Shown: in pieces, positions 10,135-20,432 of the stretch
How the letters are laid out: each line of letters starts with the position of its first letter
Position numbering within the stretch: position 1 is the first letter of the stretch
The notes under the pieces: model-generated
The model's input: the letters and a program-made list of their open reading frames with translations, nothing else
Database searches by the model: none
What the model was told of the DNA's origin: nothing
Position numbers and translations under genes: made by a program
Origin: Planctomycetota bacterium
GTDB taxonomy: Bacteria > Planctomycetota > Phycisphaerae > Phycisphaerales > UBA1924
NCBI GenBank assembly: GCA_024280755.1
Contig: JAJRPN010000027.1
Coordinates: forward strand, 33,267 to 97,266
Length of the DNA stretch: 64,000 nucleotides
Direction: 5' to 3'

Positions 10135-11790
10135 ATGATCATCATCGGAATCGCTTTATGCACGCTCGGAATATTCACCCTCTTTCTTGCCCTTCGCGGT
10201 CGGCTGATATCAAACAACCCACACTGCCATGGCTGCAAGCTCGATCTCATTGGACTCGAACTCAATCAAGATTCCATCTGCCCAGAGTGCGGCAAGTCGA
10301 TCGTTCCAGACACACCCACAATCCAGATCGGGCTACGCAAACGCCGACCACTCATTGCTGCGCTCGCACTCATGCTCATCTTCGCCGGCGGCGTGGGGAT
10401 AGCTTGGCCCAAGATTTCACAGATGCCTTCGATCAAGAACATCGATTGGTACGCCAAGTTCCCCGAACCCATACTCCTCAAACTCGAAGCCAGAAGCGAC
10501 AAGAAAGCCCTCCAAACACTCCACGACCGACTCATCCCCGGTACGCTGAGCGACGATGGTTTGCAAACCCTCATCACCCGATCATTCGCCATGATCGATG
10601 ACGAAACAAACGCATGGGACGAGCGGTGGGGGGATGTGCTGATCTATGCGTTGCTCTCTGAGAAGATGACGCAAGAGCAAGTCCATCAGTACTTCGAGAG
10701 AGCGTTTGAAGTCAAGGTCGATTTCTATTCGGAGATCGGCCACGATGTCGAGCAGACCAGCTACATGACGCATGTCGGCGGGGCGGATCGCGGGGGAAGT
10801 GAAACGAACTTCCGGTATGATTGGGCGCGAACAAGGAATGCGAACGGGATGTGGGGCGAACTTGATTCGCCGTACCAGCACAAGGTAGAGAGCAACTTAC
10901 CCTATAAGCCAGGGCTTGACGCAAAATCGGGAGGCGCGGGCATGTCTGGAAACATTGATTTGAACGAGGATATGCAGTGGATTCCATATTCACAAAATAG
11001 CACAGGTACAGGATCGAGCATACCTCTCGACCTTGAGATGGACGAGTTTGATTTCGTATTCAGTTTCACCATCGAGATCTATAAAAATCGTGAACTTTAT
11101 CACGAGTGGACTAAGCGAATAGTGCATCATGTCACGCGGGTTGATCATCCCCAATATCAGCAGTTCGCTGATGACCCCACAGAAGTGAAGATTCTGGTCG
11201 AATCAATGTCGATGAGCCCGATTCAGATTCCTACAAATCTAGAAGAAGCGTTTTTGCATGAGGATTTACTCAGCCGAAGGCCATCGCTGAGTGCAATCAA
11301 CACAACGCTTGATTCAGAGCATGGATTACTTGGTGAGTTATTTTTCCGAGTCGGCGATCAAGAACTCATTTTTCAGAAAGTAAGATTTACTGGTAAGCCC
11401 AACTGGAGCATGGCTTTAACTTCCACCTCGTCCGGCTGGACGCGTGAAAACTCCTGGCTCAACTACTTCACGGACTCCCAAGCGTTCTGGAAGCAGGTGC
11501 TCGAAGCAGGCAAAGTTGATGTGATCTATCGACCAAGACCAGAAGACGGCATCGATGCGCCAGCGATCAAATCGATGGTCAATGTCCCGATCATCTTCCG
11601 CGATGTGCCTGTGATTAAAATCATCCCCAAGAAAGCAACCTACACCGACAGAGCCACCGGCGAAGAGTATCAAGAGTGGAGGTTCAGACCTGAGCATGAA
11701 AGGCAGTTTGGTATGAGTTACACTCAAGCACAGTTGAAGCAGTTCTCGAATCCCAAGCCGGTCGCAGGCGAACTACTCGAAGAAGACTAA
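10135..11790 (+). CDS. array copy 2, TM/zinc-ribbon/TM membrane protein of unknown function
   Basis: MIIIGIALCTLGIFTLFLALRGR..CHGCKLDLIGL..CPECG, a second hydrophobic helix, ERWGDVL, and a C-terminal FWKQVLEAGKVDVIYRP...IIFRDVP. Homologous to the other five copies. Confidence 0.85.
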   Translation: MIIIGIALCTLGIFTLFLALRGRLISNNPHCHGCKLDLIGLELNQDSICPECGKSIVPDTPTIQIGLRKRRPLIAALALMLIFAGGVGIAWPKISQMPSIKNIDWYAKFPEPILLKLEARSDKKALQTLHDRLIPGTLSDDGLQTLITRSFAMIDDETNAWDERWGDVLIYALLSEKMTQEQVHQYFERAFEVKVDFYSEIGHDVEQTSYMTHVGGADRGGSETNFRYDWARTRNANGMWGELDSPYQHKVESNLPYKPGLDAKSGGAGMSGNIDLNEDMQWIPYSQNSTGTGSSIPLDLEMDEFDFVFSFTIEIYKNRELYHEWTKRIVHHVTRVDHPQYQQFADDPTEVKILVESMSMSPIQIPTNLEEAFLHEDLLSRRPSLSAINTTLDSEHGLLGELFFRVGDQELIFQKVRFTGKPNWSMALTSTSSGWTRENSWLNYFTDSQAFWKQVLEAGKVDVIYRPRPEDGIDAPAIKSMVNVPIIFRDVPVIKIIPKKATYTDRATGEEYQEWRFRPEHERQFGMSYTQAQLKQFSNPKPVAGELLEED

Positions 11791-11808
11791 TCCCCAAGGC
11801 ATACTTCC

Positions 11809-13296
11809 ATGATCATCATCGGCTCCATCTTCTGTACCCTCGCATTGCTCATCCTTCCCTTTGCATGGAGAGGCCGAGTCATCGCTCGCGGCCAGTTCTG
11901 CCGAAAGTGTAAGTTTGATCTCGCAGGGTTGGACATAGAACATCATGAATCCAAGTGCCCAGAGTGCGGCGGCGGGGTTGAGTCTGATTCGAGCCGACGG
12001 GTGCTGCTCCGCAAGTCTTCGGCGGCCGGCTTGGTCTTGGGCATGGTCTTGCTTGTTTCAGGGGCCGGGAGTTTGGGCATTGGTACCACAGGCAAAACGA
12101 GCGTGCTCTTGGGTGTGCTTCCCGACAACGCGGTCTTCTGGCTTCATGATCTGGGTGTAGATGAAGCGCTCGATGAAATCGTCGCGCGTGTCTCGCTCGT
12201 CCCGATCACGCTGGCCGAGAATTTACAAGCCAAGGCGATTAAGGGTGGGCTGGCACACCAGGCCGACACCACGCAGATTTGGGACCCTCGCTGGGGCGAG
12301 GTGCTTGCCGTGATGTCAGGCTATCCGAGCATGAGCCAAGAGCAGATTGCCCAGTACATCGGCAACGGGATCAACATTCAAGCCCAGATTCGAGATCGAG
12401 TATATCAGGGCGCGGGCAGCGTTGATTTTACACTGACCACATCGCAAGGCCGAATAACATCTCTCAACTTCATGGATACAGGGTTTTTCATATCTCAAAA
12501 ACCAACTCAGACGGGTATAGTGGGGGAAGACCCCGAGGTCTATCCAAAAAATGCGGGTATTGCCACCAACCTGACTGTATCAAACTCTGGAGGGATGGTC
12601 ATGCCTTGGAAAGGGAAGATCACTCCAGCTACGGGCGGGTTCGATGTCGAGCCCGGGACAAGCGTGCAGGTGTTCGTCGAGTATGAACTGAGATACTGGC
12701 CCCGAGGCGGCAAGGGATTCAGCGCCGGCAAGCACCGTCTTGAGCAATCAGTGCTGGTGCTTGCTCACGAAGATCAGATCGTGCCTTTGTTTAAGGATCA
12801 GGAACTTGCACAACAGATCTGCCAGGCGATCTCGATTTCAACGGTCCGTGTACTCAAAGAGATCCCGGATGTTGATCCGATGCGTGGGCATTCGGTGTTG
12901 GCGATCAGAACACAGTTCGAGCCACTGCCGGCAACAACCGCCTTCGATGTATTCTTTCGCTTTGATGGCGGCGAAGAGTTTCAATTCGGCAGCCTGATCA
13001 ACCATGACCCAGACCAAAGACGGCGCGGGGGCATTCTGACATGGCCCCGGGGGATCTTTATTGAGGAAGTTCGAGCCCCGACTGGCCCGCTCGTCGCACG
13101 ATTAGTCGCCCAAGGCAAGGTCGATGTCATCATGCGACCAAACGCATCATTGGCCGACACTATTCCGAGGATCGAGCGAGTGCTTGATGTCTCGCTCGAG
13201 TTCCTTGATGTCCCCGTTGAGATCGTTGATAAAGGGTTTGGATTGCAGAAAACCGCAAACAAGCCCGAGCTTCTGCACGCAGGGCAGTGCCCGTAA
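11809..13296 (+). CDS. array copy 3, TM/zinc-ribbon/TM membrane protein of unknown function
   Basis: RGRVIARGQFCRKCKFDLAGL..KCPECG, DPRWGEVL, QGKVDVIMRPN...LEFLDVPVEIV. Confidence 0.85.
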   Translation: MIIIGSIFCTLALLILPFAWRGRVIARGQFCRKCKFDLAGLDIEHHESKCPECGGGVESDSSRRVLLRKSSAAGLVLGMVLLVSGAGSLGIGTTGKTSVLLGVLPDNAVFWLHDLGVDEALDEIVARVSLVPITLAENLQAKAIKGGLAHQADTTQIWDPRWGEVLAVMSGYPSMSQEQIAQYIGNGINIQAQIRDRVYQGAGSVDFTLTTSQGRITSLNFMDTGFFISQKPTQTGIVGEDPEVYPKNAGIATNLTVSNSGGMVMPWKGKITPATGGFDVEPGTSVQVFVEYELRYWPRGGKGFSAGKHRLEQSVLVLAHEDQIVPLFKDQELAQQICQAISISTVRVLKEIPDVDPMRGHSVLAIRTQFEPLPATTAFDVFFRFDGGEEFQFGSLINHDPDQRRRGGILTWPRGIFIEEVRAPTGPLVARLVAQGKVDVIMRPNASLADTIPRIERVLDVSLEFLDVPVEIVDKGFGLQKTANKPELLHAGQCP

Positions 13297-13353
13297 GAGA
13301 TAAATATACATCAGAACTGAACCGCGAATGGATGGTTTCTGTATACTGATATA

Positions 13354-14898
13354 ATGATTATCATTGGAATCGCATTATGTATCGTCGGCTTATTCGTTCT
13401 CCTTTTCTCATGGCGCGGACGAATCGTCGCCCGCGGGCAGTTCTGCCGAAAGTGTAAGTTTGATCTCGCAGGGCTCGATCTTGAGAGCGATCAAGCCAAG
13501 TGCCCAGAGTGCGGCAATGAGGTTCATCAAGAATCCGCCCGCCGAACACTACTCCGCCGACGATCCCGACTCGGTCTTACAGTTGCAACATTGATGCTCA
13601 TCGCCAGCATCACGACCCTCGGCGTCTGGTCATCAGGAAACGCCAGCGTCATCCTCGGCGTCATGCCCGATTCGATCATCCTCCAACTCGCCGACATGGA
13701 TATGGACGCAGCACTCGACGAGCTAGTAATCCGTGTCTCGCGGGTGCCCAATCCGATGACACCGAGCCAGATCAACAGAGCAACAAAGATGGGACTTGCA
13801 CATCAGGCCAATCTGCTCGTTGGTTTCGATCCTCGATGGGGCGAAGTGCTCTATCTCGCCTGTGCGCAGAATCAGATGAGCGATGAACAAATCAGTGCAT
13901 ATCTGCTCGCCGGTATCCAAATCGACATGCTCATGCGAGATCGTGTACATCAAGGAGCCGACAAGCTTGATTGCTTCATGGAAATTTCTCCTGGGAGATT
14001 CGAAGCATTGACAGGTGGCCAAGTTGGATACACAGTTCAAGCCAAGTGGGTAGCCGATGGTATTGTCGGCGAACCTACAAGGAAATACTCAGAGTCAGGA
14101 GCAATAGCCGCCCAAGTCCGCGCACCGAGCGGGGGCTGGTGGTCGACCGGAGCGCCGTACCCGATTCACCCAACAGGAGCCGGTTTCGATCAACCAATCG
14201 GGACAAAGGTGCGTGCGTATCTTCAATATGACTTTATTATTGAGTATGTCGGCGATCGGTATGGCAACGCAGGCGCGATCGGGCTTCGTGAAGATGAGCC
14301 CAGCGATGGCAAGATCATCTTAGACCGGATCACCGTTGAGCAAGATGTCGAGATCATCGATCCAGCCGAACCTATTGTGGAAACCATCGAAGATCCAAAG
14401 ATTGCCAAGTTGGCGGCTGAGTCACTTTCGATGAGTTCGATCAGGGTAAAGAAAACGCTTCCGGAACCTGAGTATCAGAACTTCCTCATCCCTCTCTCGA
14501 TCAGTAGAGAATCAAGATCACTCCCCGAGTCGATCTCTCTTCGTGTCTACATTCGGCTAAAAAATGGCCAAGAGGTCGAGATCGGCAGTTGGGTCAACCA
14601 AGACCCGTCGGGCGGACAGCACGGCTCTGGGCTGATGTGGCGGGTCAACCCCAAGGAGAAAGGCCAAGAAGAGCTTGAGCGTATTCAGGAAATCATAGAT
14701 GAGCTGATCGAGGCCGGCAAGGCGGATCTGATACTCCGAACCGATCCCGATCTGGCTCGGGGTAATCCAAGAATTAAACAGGTGATCGGGTTCTCGATGA
14801 TCATCGAGGATGTCGCCGTCAAGGTTGTTGAAGATCAGACGAGCATTTACAGCTCTCAATCGGGCGATTGGTTCAAAGGCAAGGTGCTCAATGAGTAA
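13354..14898 (+). CDS. array copy 4, TM/zinc-ribbon/TM membrane protein of unknown function
   Basis: RGRIVARGQFCRKCKFDLAGL..KCPECG, DPRWGEVL, AGKADLILRTD...IIEDVAVKVV. Confidence 0.85.
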   Translation: MIIIGIALCIVGLFVLLFSWRGRIVARGQFCRKCKFDLAGLDLESDQAKCPECGNEVHQESARRTLLRRRSRLGLTVATLMLIASITTLGVWSSGNASVILGVMPDSIILQLADMDMDAALDELVIRVSRVPNPMTPSQINRATKMGLAHQANLLVGFDPRWGEVLYLACAQNQMSDEQISAYLLAGIQIDMLMRDRVHQGADKLDCFMEISPGRFEALTGGQVGYTVQAKWVADGIVGEPTRKYSESGAIAAQVRAPSGGWWSTGAPYPIHPTGAGFDQPIGTKVRAYLQYDFIIEYVGDRYGNAGAIGLREDEPSDGKIILDRITVEQDVEIIDPAEPIVETIEDPKIAKLAAESLSMSSIRVKKTLPEPEYQNFLIPLSISRESRSLPESISLRVYIRLKNGQEVEIGSWVNQDPSGGQHGSGLMWRVNPKEKGQEELERIQEIIDELIEAGKADLILRTDPDLARGNPRIKQVIGFSMIIEDVAVKVVEDQTSIYSSQSGDWFKGKVLNE

Positions 14899-14970
14899 TC
14901 CATCAGATACATATGAGGCGGATACTTCTGACCCAACCCATCGCCCAAAGGGCATGTTTGAGAGACTGAC

Positions 14971-16527
14971 ATGATGATATTGGGTGGAATCGCAATCTGT
15001 ATAACCGGGATCGTCGGCTTCGCCCTCGCAATGCGTGGGCGAGTCGTAGCCCGTGGCCAGTTCTGCCGAAAGTGTAAGTTCGCCCTTGCAGGGATTCCAA
15101 TTGAGTCGCCAGAAACCAGATGCCCAGAGTGCGGGCGCGAGGTTCATAATCCTGCCCGCCGGCGAGCCAAACTCCGTAAAAAATCAAAGCTCGGGTTCGG
15201 CATTGCCGTCTTCCTGTTCTTCTCAGGCTTTGGGTTCATCGGAGTCAGTATAACGAACCAAACAAGCGTGTTCATATCAGCAATGCCTGATGGAATGGTT
15301 CTCCAACTCACCGATTGGGGCCTAGACGAAGCCCTCGATGAACTGGTCGTTCGTACATCTGCCGTGCCGATGACCATGTCAAAGACACACCAAGATCGAG
15401 CAATTAAGCTCGGACTTGAGAACCAATCCAATCTCGATGTCGAGTTTGATCCACGCTGGGGCGAGGTGCTCTATCTCTCCTGTGCTGATGGGCGAATGTC
15501 CCATGATCAAGCGGGGCAATACATTGCCAATCTTGATGATGTGAAGATCACCATGCGAGATCGAGTGCATGCAGGATCACGATGGATAAAGGTCAAGATG
15601 GCCGTGCAATCAGTGCGGAATATCTCACTTACCGGCGGCAGCCTTCCGTATCAACGAACGATCCGTGTTTCACGGGCTGGTATCGTTGGGCATGAAGAAA
15701 TTAAATCACGAAACGGTGGAGGGATGAGGCTTCCTGTAAGCATACAAGTAATCAAAATTGACTGGATGAACACATTACTGAGATATTCGATCAGCCTCAA
15801 ACGCGATGGACAACTCCCAACGGTCGGCGAGCTGCTCGACTTTGGTTTGGAATATACGATAGAGGTTCGGCCCAAAGGTGAAGACCAGGTGATCTACACC
15901 AAAACGATGAGTGTTGATCATCAGATCCAGGTCATTGATCCCAATGAACCCATCGTGCCAGTATTTGTGAATCGTGAACTTGCTCAACAAGTTGCTCAAT
16001 CACTCTCGATCAAACCCATTCAGGTAACCAAAGCGTTTCCCGACAAGGACAAGTTCCAAAGCACGGTGCCAACACTTTCCATCACCCGCCAAGAACAGAA
16101 CCTTCAAGAAACGATATCGTTTCGAGTCTTTCTCCGATTGAATGATCCTGAGCAGGATCATCACGAGGAGATAGAGATCGGGAAGTGGGTCGCGCCCGGC
16201 ACTCACAACCCCCCCCAAAATAGTCTGAATCATTCACAAATGGAATGGCGGGTAGATCCGAAGGATGCAATCAAGGTTGCCTATGCCCGAGAAACAGTTG
16301 ATCGGATGATTCAACTCGGCAAGGCCGATGTGATACTCCGAACCGATGCTTCACTGGCAGAGGATGATTCGGAGATTGACCAGGTTATTGATCTGGTGAT
16401 GATCTTTGAGGATGTGCCTCTAGAGATTGTCGAATCGATTTCAGGTTTCTGGAACTCGGGTTCGAGCGATTGGATCGCAGGTCAATATATCGATACGCCC
16501 GCCAGCGATGCCTCGAACCAACCTTGA
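14971..16527 (+). CDS. array copy 5, TM/zinc-ribbon/TM membrane protein of unknown function
   Basis: RGRVVARGQFCRKCKFALAGI..RCPECG, DPRWGEVL, LGKADVILRTD...MIFEDVPLEIV. Confidence 0.85.
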   Translation: MMILGGIAICITGIVGFALAMRGRVVARGQFCRKCKFALAGIPIESPETRCPECGREVHNPARRRAKLRKKSKLGFGIAVFLFFSGFGFIGVSITNQTSVFISAMPDGMVLQLTDWGLDEALDELVVRTSAVPMTMSKTHQDRAIKLGLENQSNLDVEFDPRWGEVLYLSCADGRMSHDQAGQYIANLDDVKITMRDRVHAGSRWIKVKMAVQSVRNISLTGGSLPYQRTIRVSRAGIVGHEEIKSRNGGGMRLPVSIQVIKIDWMNTLLRYSISLKRDGQLPTVGELLDFGLEYTIEVRPKGEDQVIYTKTMSVDHQIQVIDPNEPIVPVFVNRELAQQVAQSLSIKPIQVTKAFPDKDKFQSTVPTLSITRQEQNLQETISFRVFLRLNDPEQDHHEEIEIGKWVAPGTHNPPQNSLNHSQMEWRVDPKDAIKVAYARETVDRMIQLGKADVILRTDASLAEDDSEIDQVIDLVMIFEDVPLEIVESISGFWNSGSSDWIAGQYIDTPASDASNQP

Positions 16528-16553
16528 CCTGCCGGTTTTGGTACACTTTATCC

Positions 16554-18152
16554 ATGATTATCATCGGCATCGTTCTTCTGAGTGTTGGTTTACTCGTTTC
16601 TCTGCTTGCTTTTCGTGGGCGGGTAGTTGCGCGGGGACAGTTTTGTCGGAAATGCCGGTTCGACCTCGTGGGGTTGGATATTGATTCGCCCCAGGCCAAG
16701 TGCCCAGAGTGCGGCAGCGAAACCCACCAAGATTCCGCCCGCCGACCCTTGCTCCGTAAACGATCGCGGGTCGGATTGGGTGTTGCTTTGATCATCATGC
16801 TCGCAGGCGGAGCCGGTATCTGGGCTGGAGCAGCCGGCAAGACAGGTTCGATCATCACCGCCATGCCCGATCCGATTGTGCTGTGGCTGACGGATTGGGG
16901 CGTGGATGAAGCCCTCGATGAGCTGGTGGTGCGGACATCCAAGGTGCCCAATACGATGTCGGCGAAGAGCTGGGACGATGCGATCGAGCAGGGGCTGGCG
17001 TTTCAGGCGGATACGGCGATGGTGTGGGATGTGCGGTGGGGGGAGGTTTTGTTAATTGCGATGCTTGAGAGACGCCTTGCAGGCGATGCCTTATACAAGT
17101 TTGTAGAGTCCTCGCTCATTGCTGAGTTTGAAACGAGGCAAATCATTCGAGATGAGGATCAGATGGTTTACTACCGTCTCATTGTGAAGGGCAATCCTCG
17201 GGGGACATCTGCAGCAATCCCATTCTTGAGGACACCCAAGTCAAGAGTTTTGAATAAATGGATGAAATCCCAGGGAACAGAATCACCGTTTCAGATCAAT
17301 ATCGAGTTTGAGCGTGACTGGATAGATAAACCATTCCCTATTCAAATCAGCGGCGGACAGGTGTGGCTCAGAGAATGGGCTCCTGTCGCGGGAAACCATG
17401 TCGATTTTCTGCGATGGATTCCAGTTCCAACGGATTCTCACGATGAGATCACACTACATTCAAGAGCGGATTTTGCATTGTTGGTAGATGGTCAAGAGGT
17501 TCATGCCTGGTCTTTGCAACTCGAGAAAACAATCCAAAGATCAGCCGAAGCGATTGAGTACGCACAGGCGGTATCGAATGAGAATATCGTCAATCAGTTT
17601 GTGGATGGATTGTCAGTTGGCTATGTCCAGCTTCCCACTAAACGATCGTTGGGTCGAATGCACTTTGGGACTCGAGATGGTAGTAATGCAAGAACTATCC
17701 GAGTCCATTATCGAGGGGAAGTATTTCCAGCCGGGATAGCGATGCTCTTTGATGCTTCAGTGGCAATAGAAGGAGTTGAAATTGAGTATGCAGGCTTGTT
17801 TACAGACGCTCCAAACGCACTGAATTTCAAACGAGGATGGAGACAAGGGAAAAATATGCTCGACTACTTTGATCAGCACGAAGAGTTCTGGCAGACCGCA
17901 TTGGAACGAGGGAATGTCGATCTCATTTTACGACCCAACTCTGAGTATGCCAAATATGACCCAAGGTTCACGGCTTATCTCGAGGCAAAGGTGATCTTTC
18001 GAAATGTGCCGTTGATGGTACTTGTGCCTAAAGATACCGGAGATATCTGGGAAGAGACAGGCGAGCCCCAGTGGCGGTGGGTTCAAGAGAAACAACAAAG
18101 TTATCCATCTACCCTTGCTGAGATTCTTATCGAGGGTGATGATGAGGAATAA
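16554..18152 (+). CDS. array copy 6, TM/zinc-ribbon/TM membrane protein of unknown function (mosaic)
   Basis: The ATG at 16554 gives MIIIGIVLLSVG..., matching the start of the other copies. The track start at 16470 overlaps copy 5 and is probably spurious. RGRVVARGQFCRKCRFDLVGL..KCPECG. C-terminal FWQTALERGNVDLILRPN...VIFRNVP. Confidence 0.85.
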   Translation: MIIIGIVLLSVGLLVSLLAFRGRVVARGQFCRKCRFDLVGLDIDSPQAKCPECGSETHQDSARRPLLRKRSRVGLGVALIIMLAGGAGIWAGAAGKTGSIITAMPDPIVLWLTDWGVDEALDELVVRTSKVPNTMSAKSWDDAIEQGLAFQADTAMVWDVRWGEVLLIAMLERRLAGDALYKFVESSLIAEFETRQIIRDEDQMVYYRLIVKGNPRGTSAAIPFLRTPKSRVLNKWMKSQGTESPFQINIEFERDWIDKPFPIQISGGQVWLREWAPVAGNHVDFLRWIPVPTDSHDEITLHSRADFALLVDGQEVHAWSLQLEKTIQRSAEAIEYAQAVSNENIVNQFVDGLSVGYVQLPTKRSLGRMHFGTRDGSNARTIRVHYRGEVFPAGIAMLFDASVAIEGVEIEYAGLFTDAPNALNFKRGWRQGKNMLDYFDQHEEFWQTALERGNVDLILRPNSEYAKYDPRFTAYLEAKVIFRNVPLMVLVPKDTGDIWEETGEPQWRWVQEKQQSYPSTLAEILIEGDDEE

Positions 18153-18201
18153 TGTCTAGGGTACTTCAGAAGGCGATGGTGGGGGATTATGTGTGCGCAC
18201 G

Positions 18202-18231
18202 AAAAAGCCTGCTCGTGAGAACAGGCTTTTT
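18202..18231. terminator. bidirectional stem-loop terminator between the array and the 16S gene
   Basis: AAAAAGCCTG-ctcgtgagaa-CAGGCTTTTT. The GC stem is flanked by an A-run on one side and a T-run on the other, so it is usable from either strand. It lies 50 nt after the copy 6 stop. Confidence 0.6.
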
Positions 18232-18438
18232 GCGACGGTCTTTGACCGGCAAACAGTTGGGTCCATCTTCATTACTCATTACTGAGTGATTATTCGTCAC
18301 TGATCTCGTAAAAGAACAGTTGTATGACGAACGAGAAAGTGCTCATAGTCTTGATTCGGTTCGCACCGAGATGAACACCATTTTGATTCCCTAAAAGGGT
18401 CTCATGGGGGTATTCATACGATCAAGTCTAAGGAAATC

Positions 18439-19926
<1,488 letters not shown>

Positions 19927-20116
19927 ATATTTTTTGCACGACTCAAAGACTTGCGTCTAAGAACCGATATGCATCAAAAGAAGCCGATCCGACTAACCTA
20001 CCCGTGCTTCCGAAGAAGGCGTGATAGGCCGGTCTACATGCCCAAGTCCGAAGACTCAAACATGTCCGAGGTGGCAAGACCTCGGAAAAGCTATTACACT
20101 CTTTAGTGTTAAAATT

Positions 20117-20151
20117 CCAAATATTAATATTTGGGGCTTCCACTTGCACAA
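20117..20151 (-). promoter_or_regulatory. candidate sigma-70-type promoter and palindrome upstream of 16S
   Basis: The minus strand reads TTGTGC-16 nt-TATTAA. The -10 sits inside the perfect 18-bp palindrome CCAAATATTAATATTTGG (20117-20134) in a local AT-rich patch about 190 nt upstream of the mature 5' end. Confidence 0.3.
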
Positions 20152-20432
20152 GAATGTAATGGCAAACAAGTGTGACCTTGTCGCCAACTTTATATAAAAC
20201 AGCCAATACTCCGTCAAGAGCCCGATATGCTTCGGTTTATGGCGTCTCACATTCTCGTGGTGGACCCAACTGTTCACTTGTCAAAGAGGCCGACGGTGTC
20301 TGCATCAAGCAGTCGTTTGTCGTTGCCAACCAGTCTTGGTGGCGGGGAAGAGTATAGGCCGCATCATTTGGTTGTCAAACTGTGAAGCCAATACTCTTGA
20401 TCAATTTCTTCACATTCCTTCGCTCATCTGCT

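Noticed and set aside
16470-16553. Upstream start for array copy 6 overlapping copy 5
   Set aside because: All other copies start with M[IM]I[IL]G directly at the first TM helix. The ATG at 16554 reproduces this, whereas the 28 extra residues have no counterpart in the family.
8441-18152. Diversity-generating retroelement (DGR) acting on the paralogue array
   Set aside because: No reverse transcriptase ORF is present. No template repeat with adenine-specific mismatches is visible. The divergence between copies is whole-domain, not confined to a short variable repeat.
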